Positions 1 through 12,600 of a stretch of 64,000 nt of DNA are shown here, one piece after another. The position numbers and the translations under genes were made by a program. The stretch comes from Camelus dromedarius. Taxonomy: Eukaryota. The notes beneath the pieces were generated by a model. The model made no database searches, had not been told where the DNA came from, and worked only from the letters and a program-made list of their open reading frames with translations. Each line of letters begins with the position of its first letter. The stretch's first letter is position 1. The DNA lies in assembly GCF_036321535.1 (NCBI RefSeq), contig NC_087463.1:16306001-16370000 (forward strand), read 5' to 3'.

Positions 1-530
1 TTGTCTTGTCCCATCCGCTTGCTTCAGGCTGTTATTGAAAGCATAATAGATTTTAGCCTTTTTGTTTGTTTTTGGTATGTTTGCTCACAGTACAACCTTT
101 AAGTGAAAAACATTTATCAACCAGTTTTTACAAAAGGCTCTTCCCTTCTCTTGAAAACATTGTAGCTTTAGATGTCTGTCGTTCTAACTTGCCCTCTAGG
201 AAATGTATGTATATTTTCTTGATCACTTGGCACTTTCTGTCCTTAACAGTATTGTGTGTGTGCCGAGTTGATGACGGTGGCTTTCAGATTCCTTTTGGTG
301 GAAAAGAAATTCCCAGCTACTGCACAAAACAACGGAAGCCATGATACTTTCTTTGTAGAACTAGTAATTGATCTGGAAGGACAATTCAGAACATAGAAGA
401 TGTAACAATTTCTCTCACAGTCTACTGTGGGAGAATACAAAAATGTGTATAGTCTCATCTAGCACGTGCATTTATTTATCCTCTTCCATGTAACATAATT
501 CACAGTAGAATTTCTATACGTGTATTATAG

Positions 531-643
531 GTTTACATATGAAATAGCTCCAGTATTTACTGTCATGGAAACAGTTCTTCTCAAGAAAATGTGTGACATT
601 ATTGGCTGGGGAGAAACAGAAGCAGATGGAATATTTTCACCTG
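531..643 (+). CDS. GAD3: GAD3 exon, 113 nt: (M)[37 protein letters not shown](G)
   Basis: tattatag|G acceptor, CTG|gtaaga donor; size equals the GAD1 counterpart. Confidence 0.96.
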
Positions 644-3600
644 GTAAGAAAGCATTTTCTAAGCTAAAAGAAATATCAGAAGACAATCAAAATATATTTC
701 AATGTGACTATTTTTGAGAGAGAATGCTCGTAAGCCATGGTGTTGGTTATAATTACAAACCGAGTTTTTAGAAATCTACAAGTGGTGAGTTGTGTTGTTT
801 GAGCTTTCTCTCAAGACTTTCAAGGAAGGCTATTTTAACAATCACATCAGTAATTTGACACCACTTTAGTTTCAGAAAACACTCAAATTGTCATGATTTC
901 AGTCAACAGTTCTGAACACCACTTTAGTTTCAGAAAACACTCAAATTGTCATGACTTCAGTCAACAGTTCTGATTTTTGAAATTAGATTAACAGTCACTG
1001 TTTCTCTTCCATAGGTGGGAGTATATCAAACCTCTATGGTATCCTAGTAGCCCGTTATAAGAAATATCCAGAGATAAAAACAAAAGGCATGACTTCACTT
1101 CCATGCATTATATTATTTGTTTCTGAACAAGTAAGTATAGATTTTTCCAACTTTTAAGAATTTTCTCAGATATACTGATAAAGTAATTGAAATCGGAGAA
1201 TATTTGCTTCATTTTTACACTAAATATATTTAGTAATCTCTGTGTCTGGATCTACATATTGATATGGAAAGGGGGAAAAAACCCAACTTTCCGGTCCATA
1301 TAGACTCTACAGATTAGCAATAAAAATAATTCAAGATTAAAATTTTATTTCAATGTAGGAGAAACTAACAGAATAAATATGATTATAAATATAAAACATT
1401 CTGCTATCTTTACCAAGAGAAATCAAACCATAAGTATTTCAAAAATCTAATGATTCTCTTTAACACTGAATGAAGGAATAAGAATGTGATTAATGTTTTA
1501 TTTTTCAAGTTAGGACCAAAGGAGTTGATTGAAAAGAAAGCTTTATTTTTATAGGTCCTCAGCCAAATATTTCTGATATTGACAATATATCCACTAATGT
1601 CTCCTTTAGTTTTAATGTTCCAACCTTGTGCACAGTATAAAAACTTCTTAAAAAAATCAGTTCCTTCCTCTAATAAATCTGATTTTTTTCTTTTCTACTG
1701 TGGTAACATTTATCATCTTGAAGTGTCACTGCAGTCCCAGCTTGAGATTTCTACCTAAAAGTACTTGGAGACACAGGGTTTTCTGTAAAATGTCCCTAGG
1801 TTTGTGATGTCCATCCTTCGCCAAACTCAAACTGGTGTTATATGGGTGCGTATATCAAGCTGGAGACCGCTGCTGCGTGTTATTTACTATATGACGTTAT
1901 TTAGTATAAATAACAGTAATGTTATTTATAACATTATGTCATTATAAATACTTATAATTATTATAATATAGCTATTATAAATAACTAGTAATACTATTTA
2001 CTATAAAACGTAATATAATTGAAGATGTTTGTTTACAAATGTCACTTTCGCCATCATTTGCATATACTTTTTAAATATAATGAGCACAAGAAGCTGAAAT
2101 TCCATAATGTAGATTAAAAAAAATTGTTCCCTATTTAACCTGTGTATTCTCCACTGACATGAAAATGTGGTTGAGGTTTTAAATTTCTGTATTTTTTTCT
2201 CTCATATAGCTGGTATTTTCTTGGCAACTAAAAATAACTCAGGCCAAGTTCATCTTTTGAGCTGCTACAACCTCCATCTTATTGATACTGTTTATATTAC
2301 GTAAATGTTACCAGGAGATACTAGCCACCAAGAAGGCAAGAAATCAGTTGATGTCAGAGTCAGAATTAAAAATTGGAAGCCTAAGAATTGACTCAGTTTT
2401 TCAGGCTTAACTCTGTAAAATACTCTGTAATGCAAGACTGAAAGCTGTCCATAATATGTAAGGGTTTACCTGGAGGTATAGTCACTGCATTTATAAATGA
2501 CATGATTCATGTGTATACAGAGAACTGGAAGGTTCAGACTCCTCCTGCATGGGAAGAGCTGTGTTCTGTGACTGTGTGGTCTAGAAGGAGGTACTACAAC
2601 CTTCTTCATCTCAGCAAATGTTGTGATAAGGGTCTGGAAATATCCCTTGGGAGCTGTACTTACGTGTATGTACATATATCCCTGCACAAACTCATTCAAA
2701 GCTATGCGTAGTGCCAGTGATGCACTAGTGTAAATGGCGCTCTAATGCAGGAAAATTAATGCCTTTCCTGTTTTCACTTCTGCCCAAGGGTCATTATTCA
2801 GTAAAGAAAGCTGCAGCAATCCTTGGTATTGGAACTGATCACGTAATTGAAGTAAAATGTGATGAAAGGTATTTTTCTTAACACATTCTCCAATTGTTTT
2901 ATTAGCATTATGCTTCATGTGAAGATTCAAATCTCCTGTTTCTCTTATTCCAACTTTTATCAAGAATACTCTCCCAGATTAGTTTCAATAATTTTAACTA
3001 GAGGCAATTATGACAGAAGCACCAAAGTTATCCTATCCTATTGTTAAGATTTTTTTTTACTAGATATAGTCTTATACAAGTGAGATTGGTGCATATCTGT
3101 CCCTTGTTTTAGGTATATTGAAATATCGGTGTAATGATATTTGGAGATGAAAAATTCAACTGCATTAGAAATCTACAGAGTGAAAATAAATTTCCATTTG
3201 TCTTGAATCCCGCTTTTCATAAGTAAACTATTTAAAATACATATATTCTGGAAGATCACTTTGATGCATATCAAATTTATTCATACAATTATGCCTATCA
3301 AATTCTATCTTGTAATCTGTAACTTATTCTTTTAATTTTTTTGGCTTTAGAATATATCATAGAAATCTTATTCCATGAATTCATACAGACCCTTCTTATT
3401 CTTTTTGAATTTCTTCAGAGTTATCCGTTTTATAAATGTAACATAATTTCACAAACCTTATTTAAAAGGATTTTCATATTTTAATTTTTATTTTTTAAAT
3501 AATTTTAAATATTTTAATATTTAAGGACAGTACTTAAATGAATATAATTACATAAATATATCTGAGTGTCTGAATATTTCTCACATGAATTCCTAGGGAT

Positions 3601-6600
3601 TGAATCATTTGTTCAAATAATATCTGCATTTACGGTTTCACAAAGATTTTTATTTGCCCTTTGAATATTTTTGAGGCAAATGATGCTCTTATCTACCATG
3701 TGAAACCTGAAAATTGTCAGTAGTTCTATATTTGAAAATTCTAATGACAAAAATGATGTTTAGTTGTTTGGAACAATGAACATCGAATATACTGACCAGC
3801 CAATTGTGTATGATTACCATGATCTGTCTGTTCATGTGCTTTGCCTGTTTTTTATTAGTAATTTATTATTTATTGGCTTGGGAAAAAATCTCTATATATT
3901 GAGAAGTTCTGAACTACAAAATACATGAATATAAAATATCTTGCAAATGTGTTTTATGAGTCTGTTATTCAATACTTTATCTCAGTTGTTTGATTTTCTT
4001 TATATATTTCCTGAGAATTCCTCCCCCACATATTTTACATATTTTTTACTATTATGAATAAGATATTTTCTATTATTTATTCACAACAATTAGTTTAAAA
4101 AATAGAAACCTAGTTTACTTTTGTAATCACCCCGTTGCTCAACAATCTTATTATTTTCAAAAGTTTTTCCATAAACAGTTTTAGGTATTCCAAGGCATGC
4201 ACACACAACCATATGTACTCAAATTAAGGGTTTGTGTTTTTTTTCCTATTTTAATTTCTTTCTATCTAGCTGGCTAGCTATCATCTATCTGTCATCATCA
4301 TCATCATCATCTAGCTAGCTAATAGATTATTACCTTAGAAAATGGTACTATAATACTGGTGGTAGTGAGCATCCTTATCTTATTCCTGACTTTAATAGGC
4401 ATGCTTTCAGTGAGTCATTAATAGATATGCTGACTTTTAGTCCAGTAGCTGGACAGAGTAGGAAAATATTGGCTTTTTTTTTCCTCAGAAATTTGCTGTG
4501 AAGAAATGTGAGGCCAACTGAATTTGTGCCACCATTCCCCCCACCCAAATTTAGATACTTGACTTTTCTACCTTGATGTCAAGAAGTCTTAACTTTATAA
4601 TTTAAAGTTAATAAGGAGAGAGAGAGAAAGAGATTATTATTCTGTATCTTTCTTAGAAAGACCAGATACCTTCTGATTTGTAAGTAATGCAGATTTTAAG
4701 GTGACTGAACAGTAAACTAAGCATTCTTTAACTCAAATAATGTGATATTTAACATTGGTTTTAGGTAACTGAACATTTACTTAAACCTGTGTTTATACCT
4801 ATAAATACCTTTGGGAGACACTAAAAACTAATTTTAAATCTTGAATATTATTTTTCTTCTAATTGGTAGAATTAGTATGTCTGTTCGCTCATAATAAATC
4901 AATATGTATTTGCATTTTTAAGGGGAAAGATGATTCCAGCTGAGTTAGAGAAAAATATATTACAAGCCAAAAGAAAGGTATGTTTTGCAGTTACATATTT
5001 AACATGCAAAAGCATCTTAATTTTTTAAACCTATTTTTATTAGTGGAAAACAATTGATAAGGTAATTACTAAAGGAAATAAAATAATCCTTAAATGTAGG
5101 ACATTTCTTCCAAAATTGAAATATTTAAGTAACATTGCAGTATTTCTCTGATAATTTTGTTTCTGTTAAGTATCCAAAAAAAGCTATCAGGATATTTACT
5201 CATAAAGGAATTTGGTCATCTGCATTGTTGTGGTACAATTTTTGGAAAATAAATTCGGAAAGAAATAATAAATGAGACTCAGAGGCAGTGCTCTTTGTTC
5301 ATCTAATGGTTAAGCTACTTTCTCCTGTACTGGAAAAATCTCCAAATATTTGAAATTATTAAGTGCTTAATACTCTTAGTCAAAGTTGCCCAGCTTCCTG
5401 ATGTCCAGCAGTGTAAGGCTTAGATAACAATATTAGCATCCCTGTGGACTTCATGAAATTGTGAGAATGATACAACTTTTGTCATCACCAGGGCCAGACT
5501 CCTTTCTGTGTCGCTGCCACCGCCGGCAGCACAGTGTTCGGGGCCTTCGACCCCCTCCACGACATCGCAGACATTTGTCAGGTGCACAGACTCTGGATGC
5601 ATGTGGATGTAAGTCACATCCATCAGTCTGGACCATGATTTCCCTTTTTAAAAAGTGTATTCTGGGAACAGTCCTTACAATTTCCTGACTGGCATTTCAG
5701 GCAAGATGAAAATTTCTCTGTAAACCCAATTTTTATAATGAATAGATATCAAGAAAGAATAGTCTTACTTCCCTAAATGATCTTAAAATAGACTTAATAT
5801 ATTATGGAAAGAGCTATAAATATATCAGGTGTTTAAAAAAAAAGTCTAAACCTATATCAATATTCAGCTAGCAATTTAGAAAATCAATTCGAAGAAACAG
5901 TTCAAACCTGATTTTAAATAAAAAAGACTTAGCCCATTACTTTAATATACATTTCTTAATTAATAGCTATTAAGGAAATTAAAAGTTTTGATGTTCTTAG
6001 TTTAGTACAGTGACTTTGGGCAAAAATGTCTTTGGCTTTGATTAAGAGTTGGACAAATTTTAAATTTACATCTTTAGGTAGATATTTTCATTTTTCTATA
6101 GTATTGCCAAATTTGATGCCAACTTTAAAAAAAAAATCTTGTCTCTGGAAATTATACAGCAGGTGTCTCTTTCATTTAATTAGAAACCTAAAACTTTACT
6201 ATGTCATGAATAGACAATGAGAATTCAAAGGAGGAGATTTTAAAATGCATTGTTCTTCTAAGTAGGGTAATTATAGCCAAGTTTATAATTATCCAGCGTA
6301 GCAATTAAATCTTCATCAACTTTTGAAATAAATTTAACGTAGGCAAAAGCAGTCGGTGCTATTTAAAAAGAAAGAATTGATATAAGAACACATATCCTTT
6401 GTGTCTGTTGCAGGCAGCCTGGGGAGGCGGACTGCTGCTGTCCAGAAACCACTCCTATAAACTCAGTGGCATTGAAAGGTGAGACCTGGCCCATTGCTTG
6501 TACCAACAAAAAAACGTATTTAGGCTTCTGTTTTCTGTTGCTAGAGTGTGAGCTCTAATTGGAGCTGTTTTCTCACCTAGGGCTGACTCTGTGACCTGGA

Positions 6601-9600
6601 ACCCACATAAACTCATGGGTGTCCCCCTGCAGTGTTCTGCTGTCCTGGTCCGGGAAAAAGTAAATGATTTCAATCTTTAAGTAGTGATGTGATGGATATC
6701 TTGGTAATGACTAGCTTCCCTGTGAATGTTTAAAACCAAAATAGTTAAGGCCTCATGGGATTAGCATAGTGCAGTGCAATTTGCCCTACTGAGGAAACCT
6801 TCCCCCTTGATCTGTAAGTAGCAGCCACTGCATAATTAAAGTGCCATAAAATCAGATGACTATAGGACAAGTAGTGAGTCAGCGTGTGGGTAAGACATGG
6901 GGTGAGACCATAGACTGCGATGAGGTCTCTAGAAACCCTGGGCATTCACGTCCCACCTTTTTAAAAACACCACGAACAAAACAAAATATCTCTTTGGGGT
7001 CAAATATGGTCCCCTGGCTGATTTGTTATCTCAAGAGTGTAGGGCCAAAACAGGACTCATTTTAAGTGTGGATAACTATGAGTAACTGTGATATATTTTT
7101 AGCAGATAAAGCACAAAGTTATGGGTTGGATAAAATTATTTTCTGCTTATATATTTGTGTATTTTATCTCCATCAACAGTAAATGCAACTCTATACAAGG
7201 AGATAAGCCCATGATCTCTTCCAAGGGGAGATACAGTGATGAAGTTCAGCTTGAGTATTCCCATCTCTGCTGAGTTGTCAGAAGTGCAGATGCACTTTAT
7301 GTAGCTCTCATTTATGGCTTTGTTTTCTTTCTCTCTTATTCACAAGCAATTCAGTGGGTTTGGGTTTAAAGATAAAAGTGTTTGTCTTCCCATTATAAAC
7401 TGCCTGAGCTGGCATTCCTCACTTACTCTTGAGTATTAAATACCTACCTCATCTCCTCTCGTCCTAAAAGAGTCTTTGTTCTCTCCCAGCCTAAGTCATA
7501 CTCAGAGCAAGTCAGGCTGGAACGGTTACCTCTGCTTCAGACTCTGCTCAGTTGACCCCATGGCAACAAGACCCCATCGATAAAATGGCAGCTGCTATGA
7601 GTTGGAAACCCGCAGGTTCACAGGCTCAGTTTTCCTGTCTGTTGGTGTGTGTTCAGTACCTAGAAATTACAGTGTGGCCACATTTTTTTTTTCCCTTTAA
7701 GAAGCTTTTGAGTTTGCTTCCCCTCCCTGTTGCTGACAGATCTATGTTCAACTTTCAGATTCCTGATTCTTTAATGTTTAGGGCTCAAATACAAATTTTT
7801 TGCAATCTCCCCTGATTTCTTCTCCCACAATGAGTGTGTGAAAGTTACCCCGCCCTCACCCCCCGCCTCCGTCTCCTGCAACCCAGATTGTAAATTCCAT
7901 CAAGGCAGAGATTTTCCCACCCTTTTCGGTATCACAAATCCACTGTCCCAGTGCATGACAGGTTGTATGCATTATAAATATCTGTTGTATTAATGACTAA
8001 CTGTTGCTTACCTTCACATCAGAACCAGTAGTTAAAGCTCATATTGACTATACTGTTTTAAAATATTTTAAATAGTCTCCAACTCTTATCTAACAAACAA
8101 TTGAAGTGGGAGTTTCAAGTAAACTAAAGAGAAAATATTTTCATTTGTAAATAGGACACTCAAAATATACATACGTAAAGTCCTCTCCTTTGCAAGGTAT
8201 CATTTCTATTCCATTTCCCCCAAATACTTCAATAGTTACCTCCACATCGTGGTCCTCTCCCTACATCCATAAGCCTCTCCTAAAAAAGAGTATGAGTTTT
8301 CTTCCTTTAGAAACTGAATTTCCACAAACTCTAAGACAAGCTGCCCTCTTGTTAGCTCCCAAATTTATCACTGTAAAGATATACGGTCTTGAAAACTAGT
8401 TACCATGCTCAAGTTTCAGTTTCTTCAATCTATAAAAATGATGTACGAACAGTACCTATGTCATAAGTCTTCCGTGAGGATCAAATGATACAATATTTGT
8501 GAATTGTCCAGCATAGAATAAGCACATTGTTATGTGTTTCTTATTCAAAAAGTTGTATTTGGTATATATTTAAACTATATCCTGTCAGTGCACACAGATT
8601 TAGCCTTTGTTACGCTTAGCAACACACACCTGTTGAGAAAAGACTGTTTTTAACCTGGTAATGGAAAACGTTTCTTTTCTCCAGTGATTTTTTTTTTAAC
8701 CATCCAAAGCGAATATTTCTCGATTCATCAACACTAAGGAGGAATGTTTTCAACATCTTTTATATGAGAGGAAATGGCTAGGAAAGTACCAAATTAAATA
8801 AATGGATTATTTTACTCTCTACCTTTTGTGGCCATCAGAGCAGTTTATTTTACTGGCACCTGTATGGTTGATTCATGAGAGAGTTTACTGGTGAACTAGT
8901 CACTCATTAATAACTTCAATGCATGATAGTCACATAATTTCAGAAGAGCAGCAAAGCTTCAAGGCTTTTAAGAAAAGTTAAAAGAAAAATAGATAGGTAG
9001 TAATTCAGTTACACCATCTACTGTTCCAGAGAAATCCAAAGAACAACTGAAGCCACTAAAATACTAAGGAAGTAACATATTTTTATACAAAACAAACAAA
9101 AATTCTACTTATATGTGCATGTAAAGCAGAAATGTGAAGTGAATTGAAATAGTTGTGGTTTCTTATTGAAATGTGTATGACTTACATAGTAGCTATGTTA
9201 TTCCTTTTCAGGGCCTCCTGGCAGCATGCAACCAGATGCGAGCTAGATACCTTTTCCAGCCTGATAAACTCTACAACGTTGACTTTGACACTGGGGATAA
9301 AGCTATTCAGTGTGGCCGACACGTTGATAGCTTTAAGCTGTGGTTAATGTGGAAGGCAAAGGTAGGGATTTGCCACCTCTTTTATTAGGTCCTATTAATT
9401 TGGATACACAGTATAAACAATTCCATTTTTTAGAACTTCATTTGGGTGTCTTTTCCCAAATTATTTTCTTAAGCATCTCTCGAGGAAACTGCTCTATTTT
9501 TAATTGCAGATGGCAAGCTTGGTTTCTCAGGTCAGAATGCTAACTGAGGTGGAAAATTTGTTGGCCTTTTCTACCATTACTACGTATTCTACCAAATGGC

Positions 9601-12600
9601 AGAAATTAAAATCTGTTAGGAATATTAAATTGTTTGTTGCTTTTTAAAAACTGTGATTTTTTCCTTCTACTAATTGGAATTGGAAATAGGTCAAGCTACT
9701 TGAAGTCAATATAGATTCCGAGATGTGAACATTCTATTGCCTGAATGTTCACTCTACCTTAGAGCCAAGGGCAGCAGATACAGTCTCTCCAAAGATCATG
9801 ACCAGTGTAGGATGTGTTCTGCACCCTCCTTATTTACAATTTTTAACTTAATCAATTGACATGCTTTTAGGAAGCTGTTTCTATTGTGCCTTCCCAGTCC
9901 TTCGTAGGAAGACGGACATTAGGTTCTGTGCAGGTAAAAGCTTTGACATGAACTAACAGCATCTTTAATGCATTGGGGTCCCAGTCCTCTACAGCATATC
10001 TCCCCCTCTGTGGATCCTAAGGGACTCTTCTCAGCTGTCAGTTTCAGGGGTAGTCATACTTCTCCAGAACAATTGGTTAGGTTTTTATTTGGTGGATATG
10101 GAATTGCTAGCATGAAACTCAAATAGACAAACAGGTTCTGTAACATGAATCACAGAGGCAGATTCATGATCCTTCTTTAGTTTGTCTGTAATCTGTTGGC
10201 AACATTTTCTCTTCTAACTTTAACTCTTTTTTATCACCTGCTTTTTCCTAACCTTATACTAACCTTGTTCAAGATAAGCATTAAAATACCACCTCAAATA
10301 CTGTATATACATTAGTAACTCACCTTCAATCCTTTCAATAATAAGGCATTGAAATAATGAATACATCAGTTCAACAATAATGGATCTACCATTTGTTGAA
10401 CATGTATTAGGCTAGAAAGCTTTAAATGTTATTAAGCTTATGTTTCCCAACCTTTGTGCTGAGTGAGTGTCATTAAATAGGTAAAGAAATTAACTTGCTG
10501 ATGGATAAAGAGAATTAAATCTTTGGCTGTGGGTTCTGTCCAGCAGAAGTCCCACCAAGACGGAAGGAATTACTCGAGGATTTGTGGAAAGTCAAGAGAG
10601 CTAGAGGGCTTCAGAGACCAACTCTTTGAGCCTCTCAAACACGCCCATGTTTATTGTGCACAATCAAAGAAAAGAGCATAAACAGTTGTGTCATGGAATG
10701 CAGGAGCTTAAGGAAAAACAGGATCAGGAAGAGATCAGAAATTCCACAGTGGGCACAAAGGCTTAATGTATCCTCAGGGCAGTCATGGGGAGAGGGGAAC
10801 AAGGTACATTCTTCAGACATGAGACATAAGCAGACCACCAGAAAACCAGTTCCTTGTCTTGGGAGTTACAGACTATCTAAACAGCAGAAAGCATGCCCAG
10901 CGTGTATAGCTGAGGGCATGGTCCTCGCTTTGCAACGAGCAGAGTAAACCCTGAACTAGGGACCTGTGCTTCAAACAAGCCATGTCCTATGTTTATAGCA
11001 AGGGACACACTATGGCTATGCCACTGCGGAAGCAGCCCTAGGCTAAAACCTCAACTATGCAAGCAAGGCATTGTCTCTGCTTTTTACAGCAAGGAGACAG
11101 GCGTGCAGATGCACAGACGCCTGCCAGCAAAGCACATTTGTTCTTCCTAAAGGTCACAAGTGGCTGGGGTCTATTAGAATTTATTAACCCAATCATGGGC
11201 TCCCACAGCTGGCATTTCACCTAAATCCAAAATCTATTTTTTTCCCCACAAATCCACATCGTCTTTCTTAATATAAAATTCACGTAGGGTAGTGATGAAG
11301 AAACAAACTCATCATCTTTTGCATATGGAGATGACTTCATAAAAGTGGTGCATAAACAGATGTTATATTAGCAGAGCCATTCCTGTAGGAGTAGGAAATG
11401 AAATCTCAGTGTACCAGGGGAAGGGAATTCTTTTCCCATTAAAGATCATTTCTTATACACTAGAAGTCAGGTTCAGGTAAATATCCACGGTGGACTTGAA
11501 AGGGAGTGGACGTGCAAGTTTGTAGCGTGATTTCCAACTATTAAACATTTAAATATTTGATCTGTGAGCCTCCATCAGTACTCTTGACAAAACGATGGGC
11601 ATTAAGAGCAAAGTCTAGAGATATAAATGAAAAAATTGATATTTTTTCTCACTTGTGATAATTATATAATGAATACGTCATTGATGGTAGAGGTGAAATT
11701 TTTATTGAAATGCAAATTTCTTAAAAATAAAATTAATTACATAAAATACTGTAATAGGTTATAAAGATAAGTAAGATCTACAAACATCAGTTATTCTTCA
11801 AGAGTAACTATAATGTGAAATATTTAGATGGATTTTCTTTTTGGATGGATTTTCTACATGGATTAGACTGGTTTTATATTCATAAAATGACTGTTTTGGC
11901 CGGGAGAATGCTATAGGAAGCTGAATTGTCCAAGAGCCCCATCTGCTCCTCTTAAATTAATAATTGCATTTGCCCTGAGAAACCTTTGCTTCCCAAAGGT
12001 TTCTCCCAGTCCATGACTGATTGAAAATGGCAGGGATTCTAAGGCATTCCCATTCCTGAGGGACAGGAGGCTCTCCTTGATGGCTGAGTTGGTGAAAAGG
12101 GTTCCCAAGGGCCTTTCGGAACCTCACTTAGTCATCTAGGGCGCTTCCACCTCGCCTTTCCCCACCTTCTGCTTTCACTTAAGAGTCAGACTTCTTCACA
12201 ATCTGAAAGCTCTCCCGGTCTAGCTGGCTCCTTCCCTCTGTCTTTCACACAGGTTCTTCCACTATTAAAATCCTTGCACCTTTAACCCCATCTTGGTGTC
12301 TGCCCTTTCGAGGACCTGGGCTAACAGTCCAATTAAGTTCAGAATGGAAGTGCCTTTGTCTTTACTATTCAGTCTTAGTAGATTTTTTTTTTCCAAGAAA
12401 CTTAAAGATATATTTACAATGAGGATACACATCCTGATATTCTTCATTGCCAATTTAATATGCACTGAAGGCCACTGAAAGTTCTGTATGGAAAACTTCT
12501 AGAGAGTAATACATTCTATGTCAAGCATTTCAATGGTCTTTGGTCCTGTTTCTTCAGAATCCAGAGTAGGAATATTCTTCATCAATAATTTCTATTACAT

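Noticed and set aside
1860-2030. AT-rich quasi-palindromic stretch
   Set aside because: Low-complexity sequence with no clean inverted repeat or identifiable element.
7558-7567. RFX X-box (ccatggcaac)
   Set aside because: Only a half-site; expected by chance in 64 kb.
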